Assembly: GCA_002633005.1 (NCBI GenBank)
Contig: NMRA01000152.1
Coordinates: forward strand, 1 to 64,000
Length of the DNA stretch: 64,000 nt
From: Phoronis australis
Lineage: Eukaryota; Animalia; Phoronida
Direction: 5' to 3'
Below the pieces are notes generated by a model, which worked only from the letters and a program-made list of their open reading frames with translations, was not told where the DNA came from and did no database searches. Shown here piece after piece: positions 13,501 to 25,500 of this stretch (its first letter is position 1; every line of letters begins with the position of its first letter). Made by a program: the position numbers and the translations under genes.

Positions 13501-16500
13501 TCCACATGTTGTGCTCTCGCCAGTAGGAATGCACCCGTCAAATTTCACGAAGATTCTTTGATCGGTTTGGTGAATATACAGAGTCAGACGACAAGAAACG
13601 GGCTCGAAAGAATAAAATGGCCGTGGGTGCAGAACACGTCACCATAATGAACTCCTCAATGAGGTCAAAAACGGACTCGAAATCTTAAAATATGTCCACT
13701 AGCTATTGCAGAATACGTCAAATCCGTGTGAAAATGGGGTTGTTGTCTCCTTAACAGAAACCTACTAGCGCCACATTTTACGAAAATCTGTCAGAGACCT
13801 CCGAGGGTACAGAGACTAATTGCCACTAGGAAGTACAACAGTGAAATCGGTCCAAAAATCGTCATCCGTTATCACATTCACAGACAACCGGAACACATCT
13901 GACAGGCATAGAGTTTCTTCCAGTGAACACGGCCACTAGGTTGCACAGAATACGGTACGTCAAATCCATTCGAAAATGGGAACGCGTTATCGCCTCCTTA
14001 AAATAAACCCATTGGCCATCTTTCATGAAAACGCGTCAAGGCAATCCAAATACACAGAGACAAAGGCAAAAAGAAAACGAAATTGCTCCTAGGGAACCCA
14101 ACGGAAGTCGACATAGGAACACATCTGCTAACTAAGATCCTTCAAGAGAATTAGGCGATACAGCTGCAGACAATGGCCATATGGAAGACGGCAATATACC
14201 CACCTGCCTGTGTATTGGGTGAACGCATCAAAATTATCCACACGAACCGCAATGAGAACTACAAATGCATACGATCAGTGCGGGTAGATGTCTATGGCGT
14301 CGAGCAAGACAATCATCCTGACCAATCACAGCTATACCTTCCGAATCTCGTCATTACACCTGGCGGGTAAGCCGCTGTATAACATCCTCCCGTGAACCTC
14401 TCCTGTGTCCAGTCGTTCTCCACATATGCAGTTGGCTAGAAAATTTGTCAAAGTGTGTCAAAACGGAAACAAAAAATCTATTGGGAGTTTGAAGTTTTAT
14501 TTAAAAATACTAGTTTAAGTTGCAAGAGTTGTCTATGTTACTGCTTTCGGCACTTTTTACTTTTGTATAACATTTTCTGCATGTTTGACCTAAATATTCG
14601 AGGTCAACAGTATAGGGAGTACCACTAGGGTCAAAAGCCGACACAAACTGGTCTGACGCATTTGCAGCCTGAATGACTTCATTTAAGATTTTGTCAATGC
14701 GATCGGCAGGTTTACGACAAAAGGAAGTTGAGATATTAGACTAAAATGTGCAAAACGCACAGTGTATGAGGTTTTTAACGGTATCTAATAGTTGTGACAC
14801 TTTCTATTGTCTTAGGAGGCAATTTCCGCCAAACTTAGACCATTATACCTCGCGGAACCTTAATGATGTGTGTTTAAATCGGACTCGTGACAGGTATTGC
14901 TATTTCTCGATCCTTGAGATTACAGAGTGTCCATTTCCATGACGTCATTTTCCTCTGCTCTGGAGAGTCAGAAGGAATAATGAAACCTCCTTGGAGAGTT
15001 CTCTTAATGTAGCAAGTAAATGCTGTGTAAACTGAAGTCACCCATCCCTTACTTAGTGACTGAACAATAGCAATGTTGTTTATAAGGTTGAATGTGACAA
15101 CTGTTAAGGAATTCTATGTCGGACTCACACAGCGACGCCTCTGCGACAGGCTGAAAGTACATCACATCTCAGCGAAAAGTAACATATATAGGCATTGTGT
15201 TGGCAACAATCACCAAGCCAATTCAATTAGTATTATATGCAAAGAACCTATAAAGGAATTGCTGTACATTAAAGAGTCATTGGCCATTCAGAACCAGCAT
15301 GCTATTGATTCTCTGAATAACATGCAGAGCTCAGTGACCCTGCAACTATGGTGATGACTAGCTACTTACTATTCCCTGAATCTCTTACTTCACTTTATGG
15401 ATGTTACCTGAGCTGTATGTTGGCACTTGCTGTCCTTTGTAAATATTTATCCTGATGATGTCTCATGAATAGACGAAACGTTGATTGAACATGTGCGGCG
15501 ATCGACCGTTTTTTTAATCTTACCATGGCCAAAAACTGATTTAAATACTGAAAGTGGCGCTTGGTCAATGCGCAAATATTGCAGCTTCGTTTTGATAGGG
15601 AATTTTTCAGTTTATGCTCAAGTCGGAAGACCGTTGCGACAGGTTTGGAATGCCGGAGTATCTATAGCTTTAGACCCACGATGCATTTCAATCCGTGTAC
15701 TTCATTTGAATTAAAACATTCGTATCAACATTTCTTGTCCAGGAGTTCGACAGCAAAGTAAAAACAAGAACTACGTGAAAGGTGTCTGCAGTCAAATTTT
15801 GCGACAACGACCACTTACTTCCTCTAATTCCTGTATCCCAAGCAAGTGATTGGCACGTTCTCGTTTTTCTCTCCTCGAAGGAGAGGGGAGATAATTTCTG
15901 CACACCGTCCCCGTTAACATATCTGTAAACGAAGAAATAAATAGCACATCAATAACCTTACATTATATTGGGTTGTTTTTTTTTTTAGAAAATATCACTT
16001 AAAGTAAGCATTTTATTTTTGGCATGGTTTCGGGTGTTCACAATCACGTCATTCAGCTGGTGAAGGGTTTATTGTGAACACTCCCATATATTCATAAATC
16101 GTTGCACAATCTTGCCTACGAACACCGCCAGTTCTTACATCGTTAAGGCGGGGAACGATCCGTCTGGTTTGCTGTTGTCATCCGTCTCCTTGACAGGCTC
16201 ATTCAGATTGTCGCTGTTGGTGTAGCCATTAAGACCTACAAAGAGTAGCAAACAACGATTTGTTCTCATTTTGACTCTGTGAATCAGGCATAAAATCTAA
16301 GAGGAGCTCGAATCATTACACACCCTAGGTTAGACTATTCAAAAAACAGAGACGCATCTTGGAATTAGCTAAACCTGCCGTAAATTTAGGACCAATCAAA
16401 TAAATCAGTTAGGCGAAAGCATTGCTTTGAAAAGATTTGGTGCACTCAAGGCTCCTTGACGGCAAAAACAAACCTTTCTCTCTCCAGTACGGGCGCTGGT

Positions 16501-19500
16501 AGACTGCAGTAGACTTAATGCATCGCCCCATCGGTACACGTCGCATGAGCTGTTGCCTGGCCAAGCTTAACGACGGCTCGAAATTTATCGAGTTTTGAGT
16601 ATTGAAAGGAACTGTCATTGCTACATACGATGCTTCTATTACGTGACCATCTTCAGTTTCAACCCAAACAGCCGTTTCACTCTGCTTCACTGATTTCACA
16701 ACATGGCGCAGGCGTATCATTTCTGGAATTATCAACATTTAACAAGCGCCTTTGTGTCTTGAATAAATTGCTATGATTCCATCCACACTCAGATCTGAAA
16801 TTATGATTGCGATCCTTGGGATGCCACAGGGTGCGCGTAGCCGAATGCAATGCACTGTCGACTACATGCACAACATCCAGAAATACGAAAGCTTGAACTC
16901 AAATTGTATTAGAATTACACTACCTGAAAACCGCCATGTTTCGAAAGAGCAACGTGACAGCGACTTTCGAACTTTTCACGTATGTGACTTATCAGCCAGG
17001 GATGTGACACCTACCTGTGATTCATGAGCTAGGACACAACACAGAGTTGGAAGAAATGCAATTTTTCGAGAATGTTCGAAGGTACATAAAAATAACGGAA
17101 AGGAAGTTTCGTGCAGAATGAGTGAGCAATTCCAATATACGGCTAAAATCTGAGACCATACGGAATTTCAACGAGAACGGCCAGTCCGTCTCGGAGCTTT
17201 GGTATTCAGTTACAGAATTTCAATTGGGTAAAATGTATAGATTATACAAATAAGGGCCGATACAGAAGGTAATATCAGGTTAGGTATGGACTGAGGGAGA
17301 GAAAAATTACCCTCAGCCTTTGGCAGTACATCGATACGCCCGCTATAACAGTCTCTATTAATTTGTTTATTTACAAGACCACTGGTGCTTCTTTCCATCG
17401 ATTTCTTCGTCTGCCAGTGTCTTGAATCTACCGAACACAGTCCAAGATAGATCAACCTCATATTAGAAATCATGTTACTGTATTTTAGTTAATCAGAGTA
17501 AATGTCAGTGGTCGTATGATAGTAAGTAATTTCATGACACCAATACCTCCTAACTGTTCAGTCATTTTGATGCTGATTTGTTGTGATCCGCCCACGAACT
17601 TGAATTCCTGTAAATATATAAAATATATTATGTACCACACAACACATTTGTAGCAATTATTTTGGCAGGGGTCAAAATACTTTGGTATAATTTAATCAAA
17701 AAGGAATTATTCAAACATTTAAGTCGACACACACCTTGTTTTGCCAGTACGTAGTTATAAATCGAAAAAGGCTGATTTTAAAATAAATCTCACAAGCATC
17801 AATATATAAACATTTGTGCATCGATAGAGCACATGGTCCTTCAATAACAGTAGTGAGTTTCGATAACATAAAAAATAACACTAAACTAATAATTTAATAC
17901 CAATGTTTCATTCTTGCACTTGAGGTTTCGGAAACAATTATTGAAACGGTGTTCATTTTGACAAACAAGACATGAACTTGCCTTTTGATTTTAACCGACT
18001 TACGACGGGACTGTCGTACGTCACATAAAAACATTCGACGTACGACTGCCGTGCGACATCATATGATGCAATATTCCTACTCTGTCATACGAGCCTTCTA
18101 CGATAAGTAGTTACGACAATCGCGTGGCTTCCACACGACTATCGCCCGCTCGTGAAATCACCAGTACTTTGCACCACGCTAAGATCACGACAATTCTCGA
18201 CCGTAAACGGGTGCTATCACAAACAGCAGACTAATACAGTTCCGAGGGTTTTGGGAGTAATCATTTGTTGCCATTGCAAGCAACAAAACCCATGGGGTCA
18301 CTTTGGTGCATGTATGGAAACATGCAAATTCCTAATGTAAAAACTAAAAAGGCATGGGATAAAATCACGAGAAGCATCTATTTCAAGGTTTTCAACATAG
18401 TGAATTTAATAGGCATACATTAACATCTGTTGATGTCCCAAGAGTGCTTTAACTATTCATTATTTCAGCTGGGTTTGTAATAATGTTTTCTCACCTGCCC
18501 TCCATTTTCTACCTCCCAAAATCGATAACTTCCGCAGCAAGATTTCACATACCACAGCATCCATAAAAGTGAAATTTCAGACGGCTCTATTGCCAGGTTT
18601 GAATGACAGAAAGAAGTCGCGAAATCTTTACACATCCTGAAATGTGGGAAATAACGTAGAAAATAAATCTGAAACTAAATAAGGCGATCCAGATCCTCCC
18701 AAGGATACTATTGTTTCATGAAATGTAGAATTTAAATCGGTAAATAAAACAACAAGAATGGATCAACCGAAATTTGAAATTTTCGGATGTAATAACTTCC
18801 TTTGTCAACAAAAACAGAAAAAAAACTGTTTTTGTTGACAAAGGAAGTTATTACATCCGAAAATTTCAAATTTCAGTTGATCCATTCTTGTTGTTTTATT
18901 TACCGAAATGTGGGAAGTAATGCGAATCGCATCATTCGGTACAAGTTATTCGTTAGCTTCTGCATAGTGCTTTGTATGATCGTTTTTTTGTGCATGGCAT
19001 CCAGGTCTTCATAATGTAAATACAAATAATGAATAAAAAAAGTTTTGAGGCTGTTTTGGTATGCCACTTGAAAATTAAGACATGCAAATGAGGGGTCAAA
19101 ACTATTGAGCATGAACTCGCAACATCAAACAATGACTAATTTTCAGCCTATTTCAAGTTTTCTATTTCGATTCACCTTTCATGGATTGTGACGTCATATT
19201 TTAAGTATCAAAAGCACCAAAACCTGGACAACCAGTGCTTTGAATTTTTGATGCTTATAATAACATTAATGCCTACCTCACAGATAAAGTATGTCAACCA
19301 TTGCTTTATCCACAATTCCCGGTCACTGAGGTAGTTGGTCACACTACGCACCACTCAGACAGTACATCCGGGACAGAATCAACGGCCAAACAAAAACACA
19401 GCAATTTCCCTTGTTGTTGTCCGACTATTCCGTGACGGGGACAGATTTTTGTTTAGGGTCGTCATTGGGGTTCGGTGCAGAAATTGCGAGAAATAAGCAA

Positions 19501-22500
19501 AGTTCCAAGAGAGCAATGACTATAAAAATGAAAGTCGTTGAAAATATCTTAATGCTGTGCTATGTTAAGAACAGATAAAAGACATGAGTTATTTAGTAGT
19601 TATCATGATTTCTTGAACAGGTGCATGTCAAGACAACGGAGGTACGTACTGAGTCCAGAACGTTGTATCCAGCCATTTTTGAACGGTGATACTATCCCAC
19701 TCCTCGGCATGTGGCGCTGACCAAGGCGCGTCGGCAGGAATCTGAAACATCGATAATTGGCCAGTGACAATGTGTTTGAGGAAATAGTGGGTAAAAGAAA
19801 AACTCTATGGAACATTAGAAAAGTCACTTTCGCTCAATAAGGGAAATTAACGGAGTGCAGTTACTATTTTGAAGTTAAAAATTCCAACATTAAGTATTAC
19901 ACCGACAGTGTCTTCGTCATCAGAAAACAATCTTGTATTTTCATGCCCTCAAAAACACAAATCCAAGTTTTCCTCTATCATCTGGAATATTCAATTAGGT
20001 AAAATAAACAAACCAATTCCTGTAAGGGATGTTAAAACCAGCATTTTTCGAAAGATTACTGGTAGATTGTAAAAAGGTTGCAATTACGTAATCCTCTACA
20101 TATTCAGGATTGCCACAAACTCGTTTTTCTTCTACAGAACTTCGTATGCTCAATTTAGAAGCTTATTGTGAAATGCCGATGTTATGTGTTAAAAATCTGG
20201 TAATTTGAAAGTTAAGCCTCGCTTTCACGAAGTCCACACCAGTTGTATTGATACTGTTAGTTAGCCCTCGATACTATAGATTATAGTCTGGTTCGATACG
20301 TAATGAAGGCATTTCTTTAAATAATTTCAATAGCAAATAGTTGTTATCACCGATAACTCCGACATCAGCTCAGAGTGATAAAAGTTTCATAAATAATCTG
20401 AGAGCATCCGGGTCCAAGCAACCCCGCCGTATCCACGCACTGATGATATGGATTTATTAATAAGCGTTGTTTCAAAGTTTATTGGCTAGTTTACGAGAAA
20501 TTTGCATTTCGTTGTCGAAACCCCGTTCAACTCAATGCAAAACTTGGCTTGTTTGCTCAATCAAGTTCTGCACCACGCAAGTGCGCACGCGTTACGCATG
20601 TTCAACTCCAAACCCTGAACTCGCGCATTTTCTCTCAGAGGTAAATATCATCTGTGCATGTGCAAACTTCAGTCATACGGCTCATCATTATACAGTTCAA
20701 AACTAACATGGCTTCCCAGATGACTGAAGTCTGCACATGCGCAGTTAACTCATCCCAGGTGTTTCGGATCAGTGTGTCTGCATGCTTCCGACAGACACTA
20801 CGTTCTACCTCAGCTCCCATGGTATCGAGACTTCTCATGAAGTGATTCATATCCAGCCAGGCAATGAAATTCCATTTTGTAGGGAAAATTCCGTCAAACA
20901 GCACAATACTTCCCTGAAAACAAAAACAATATAATGCATGGAACGCAGAATCTTTCACTGATAACGTACACAACTCTGTAACCTTTGGGAATGGCACAAA
21001 TAAAATATCAATTTTGAATAAAAAATATAGGATTTCAACTACAAACATGAACCATTATTATAATCAGAACAGAGGTTTACGCTTATCATTATGCTGTAAA
21101 CAAGCAATCTATATAATGCTGAGTTAACTGTATTATGAGCATTGTTATGCTTATCAACTGCATTAAGCAAGATATGAAAGTGTTCCGAGTCTAAAATGGA
21201 AAGATGGCTATAATAGTCTAAAACAGGTTGGCCACTAATTTTAAGTCAACCTTGACGTATTCACGGGGAAAAGTTTTGTTCACATGAAAGCAATTTTCCG
21301 CGTAGCTTATCAGCTGGGGAAGGTGGCGCGAAATTGAAATGGGTGGCGTACAAGATAAGGGTAAAAAGATACATCGGTGGTGATGACAGGGACGGGGAAA
21401 ACATAATGGCAAACGGTTGAGCAAAGCAATCTTCAACAGTCGGAACGCCAATCCAAGCTTCGACACCATCTTTTCCCGTTTAACAAGAGACAAACTTACA
21501 TTTCGCCTATACTGCAACGACTCTCCGTGATTGTACGTTTTGAATATATCAACGCCGTGCTCCTTCGCCACTCGTAAGATTCTGTTCTGCGTGGTGCCCA
21601 CGAAAGTTCCTCCAACGTCGCAATATCCGAATGACGGGTCGTGCTTGGTCAGTGTGCGTCCTCCAACTCTGTCACGTGCCTCGAGAACCATCACCTGTAG
21701 ACCTTCTTGCACCAACAGTTTGGCACAACATAACCCTGGAAACGCGTTTTGGAGGATAAAAACGTACTCAGTGTTCACGTACACTCACACGACTATGCGT
21801 TGAATTTCCAACACTTTGAAAGGTGTTGTTCGTTAATATACATACCTGTAGTCCTAAAAAACACACAGCGGCGTTTTCAGCCGAAACATTGTTCACGAAG
21901 CGATACTATTTTTTTCTTTTTTAATTTAAATTAAGTTTATTAGTTAACCAAGTAAGTGATTACATAACAAAAACAAGTCCTTACAGACATGTATCACCGG
22001 TTGTACGTAATACATCTAGAGCTGACCAAGTCACATTCATAATTTTCCCACACACACCCAAACGCACACACGAAACCTGCTTACAATGTATACTAAATAC
22101 TGTGCTAGAATATGATTGTAAAATTTGCCATTAGTTTTCAAAATATTCTAAGCGTCCGTTTTTTTGTGGAATTATACTTAAGCTTTTTCAGTCAATTCAA
22201 TTTTGAAGACTGCAATGGAAGGTACCTGGCTCCGCAATCGGCGGGAGATGTGTCTTCTTGCTAGACAGCTCCCCTTCCCACTAAATCCAAATATAACAGT
22301 AAAATGTTTCCTTGCAGAGTTGTCTACGGATGATAGAATCTACGATATTTTTGCAAAGAAGTTTTCACGAAAGAACAGTCAAAGAACAAATGAATAATTT
22401 CCTCTGACCTCGCATGAAAGAAGCTACATAGATCGGAATCACTAGCACTTATTTGTAGCAATAGTTTGTTTGTTCCTATTATTTTATGGACAATTCTCAT

Positions 22501-25500
22501 CTGTAGCCACTCTAGATGTTTATCATGGACTGGACTAAGGTCAAAAGCGTTACGTTAAGTATCTTGCCACTAATATTCGGACTTTTCAATTACAAAATCT
22601 GCTTCTCATTTTGATAGAAATTTTGGCCTTTTATACAAATTTTCCAAAAAAAGTCTTATAAAAGTCCAAATTCCTTTCTCATCACGTGTAATATTTTGTA
22701 GCACCACTGGAAATAGTGGAAATTTTGATTAAAATTGTTCATCTCTTTGTATTTAAGTAACACTGTAATAAAAATAATGCAGCAGTTAATCGGTTCTAAC
22801 ATACAAATAAATCTCACATTTGCCCGAGTTACGCGCTAAACAAAAGCTCATTCATAGTTAATGTCAAAAGACAGAAATCCTGACAACGACCGCTGATTGG
22901 CTGATATGTCAGTGACATAGCTAGTGGGGCCTCGACTGCTTTCAGTAGACTCTAGGACCTACTGTACGCTAGGACCTAGCCAAAAGCTAGTCAAAGTTAC
23001 GTGCTCTTATTTAAAATGCACGGCAATATCTCGCGTAATCTCGCAAAGTCTTGCTTTTAAGCTAGGTCCTAGCGTTACTGAACGGGAGGCAGTTTACATT
23101 ACAAAACCATCAATACCGGATCTAAATGAAGTGAAGCCTTAACAACCTACCACTAAGCCAACGATTTCTATTCATAAGCGTCTTTTGTGTGAGTACCTAA
23201 TGTAAATAAAATTAAGCCAGTTTCAGCTCTGCTATTGTCACACTGTCAGGGTACTACTTTTATGACTGAAACAGGACTGGACAAATCCCATAGCCATCTG
23301 TGGCATTTTTACGTTGAGATTTTCAGACAATGTGATGAAAGTCACCAGAAAGTTTCTTGCATTGGTAAAGCAAGTGGTATTTTTCTAGTACACGGTCTCG
23401 ACAGACGAGTTTATGTTTTCTCTCAGTCTCATGTCTTGCACAGCATCCCGATAATCAATACCCTCGCAATGTTTGTATAAATTCGACGTCATTAAGTTGG
23501 TATATCCATCGGTAAAACAACTGGAATTTTTGTAGAAACTGCACCAAATACGAGTAATTCGGTAAAGTAAACAAACCCATTCATGTGCGTTTCTACTTCC
23601 TTGGACGGGAGAGCAAAACCTGTTGAAACCAAGTCTAGAAAAATGATGTCGAGTGGGAGTTGTCAAAAGTTTGCAAGTAGGTTGCCATAACCAATATTTT
23701 CAGGATTGTCTAGTGAGATTATCTGTTGAGAATCATCAATTATCTGAAGTTGGACCGGCCGATGTCCTATTTTACCGGCAAAAATCTGATAGGCTTTGAA
23801 AGGTCCATCGTTGCATGCGTATTTGCGTTTCGTTATCACCTCGATCCGGATTTGGAACTGGGATACCTGTCGTACTAGAAACAAAAGTTGAGTCAACATC
23901 TCTATATGGAACACATAGGCGGATTTAGGGGAGGGGGGCAGGAGGCCCGCCCCCCCCCTCCCCCTTGGGCTGCGGCAAAAATAAAACAGCAAGATNTGTC
24001 CGACTCAGACCACCCCGGCGCGCAATCGTAACAGAACTATGGCTAAGTATTGGCGCTCCCGGTCGATATGTGCATGATACCCCCAGGTGACCGGCAGTGG
24101 CGCTGCAGACTACCACTACGTTTCCGTCGTCTGCTCCATTGTGCACTGATGAAGAAAATTACTTCTGAGTGACGATGAAGACACAGATGCTGCTGGTAAG
24201 GTGCAAATTTTAAAGGAGCTGAAAGTTGAGTTGCTGAAAGTGTCTCAGAAGTTCATCACAAGTCGAGACTAATTCGCAGCACTGGCTGGAGCGTATAACT
24301 ATATAGAACAGACATTACGTCGGACGTTTTGTTTGAGTAGGCTTGTGAACGTACGATCGAGATTAATAAAGCTATTAACTCGAACCAGTCTTCAGTCTAC
24401 CATCGCACCTAAAGCTATTAGAGCACCGGTCTGTTACTACCTGCACCCACCCAAACACAGGGAAAACGTGACAATCTGTAATTACGGATTGCCAATCTGT
24501 TAATACGGATTACTAATCTGTTGATACGGATTGTCAATCTGTTATTACGGATTGCCAAGCTGTTATTACGGATTGCAAGTCTGTTAATACGGATTGTCAA
24601 TGTGTTATTACGGATTACCAATCTGTAGTTACGGATTGACAACCCATTAATAAACATTCGGTTGTGTGTCTTAATTTTCAGAGAGAACAAGGGAGCTAAT
24701 CCGTATAGAATATAATTTCATTTGGGCCTTAGTTATTATGAGATTCTGGTGTCGTTGTCAGCAAATCACAGTGTGTTTATAAGCAGGCGAACGCTTCAAC
24801 GGCAACTTCGAAACATGTGGAGATTACTTCGAGGCAAGAAGCACACACGTTGCTTGCTTTCTTGAGGAACAGGCATCAGGACGCCTACATGTTTATCGGT
24901 CGATACATTGAAGTGGATATCGGCAGGGAAACCCGATGGCATATGATGTAGAGCAAGGAAGAGGCTGCAGAGACGCGTGTATCGAGTAAGGAGTCCTAAT
25001 TTTATGTGGCGTAGTGACTCGTACGATAAACTGAATCATTTTGCACTATATATCAATGACTGCATAGATGAAAACTGAAAGATATTGTGATTGCAAGCGA
25101 ACACAGCAACCAGTGATCCAAAAGTTATTGCTGTTTATTACATCATAAAGTGCAAACAGTGCGCGACAGAAACATGTGTCCAAGGGTGATTAGGGCAGAT
25201 TTCGGAACCGAGAACGTGGACGAGTGCAACGAATGCAGTTGTTTTGCAACAAAATTGTCTTGCTGCATTTGCTGGCAAAAAATTGTCCGTGTTGGTAACA
25301 AGCAGAACAATCGGCGGATTGAGTTTTGGTGGAGTATCTTACGTAAAAACTGTGCCCAATTTTGGATGAGCATTTTTCATAAACTGAAGGACAACGGTGA
25401 ATTCAGCGTCAATTGCTTTCTCTTGCAATAATTAATATATGCCATTTTCTGGTGTTTTAGGAAGAGTTTGACAATGACGGGGGCTTGACGAGAGTGTAAT

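Noticed and set aside
23925-24460. [10 protein letters not shown] or CVWVGAGS as MAO exon 1
   Set aside because: No proper GxGxxG with a phase-1 donor; the true exon 1 is at 29667-29715.
24468-24650. Regular repeat array and the IRNNRLA-repeat ORF (24418-24690) as CRISPR or a repeat protein
   Set aside because: Units are contiguous 21-mers with no unique spacers and no cas genes; the inverted twin at 29010-29165 marks them as transposon subterminal repeats.
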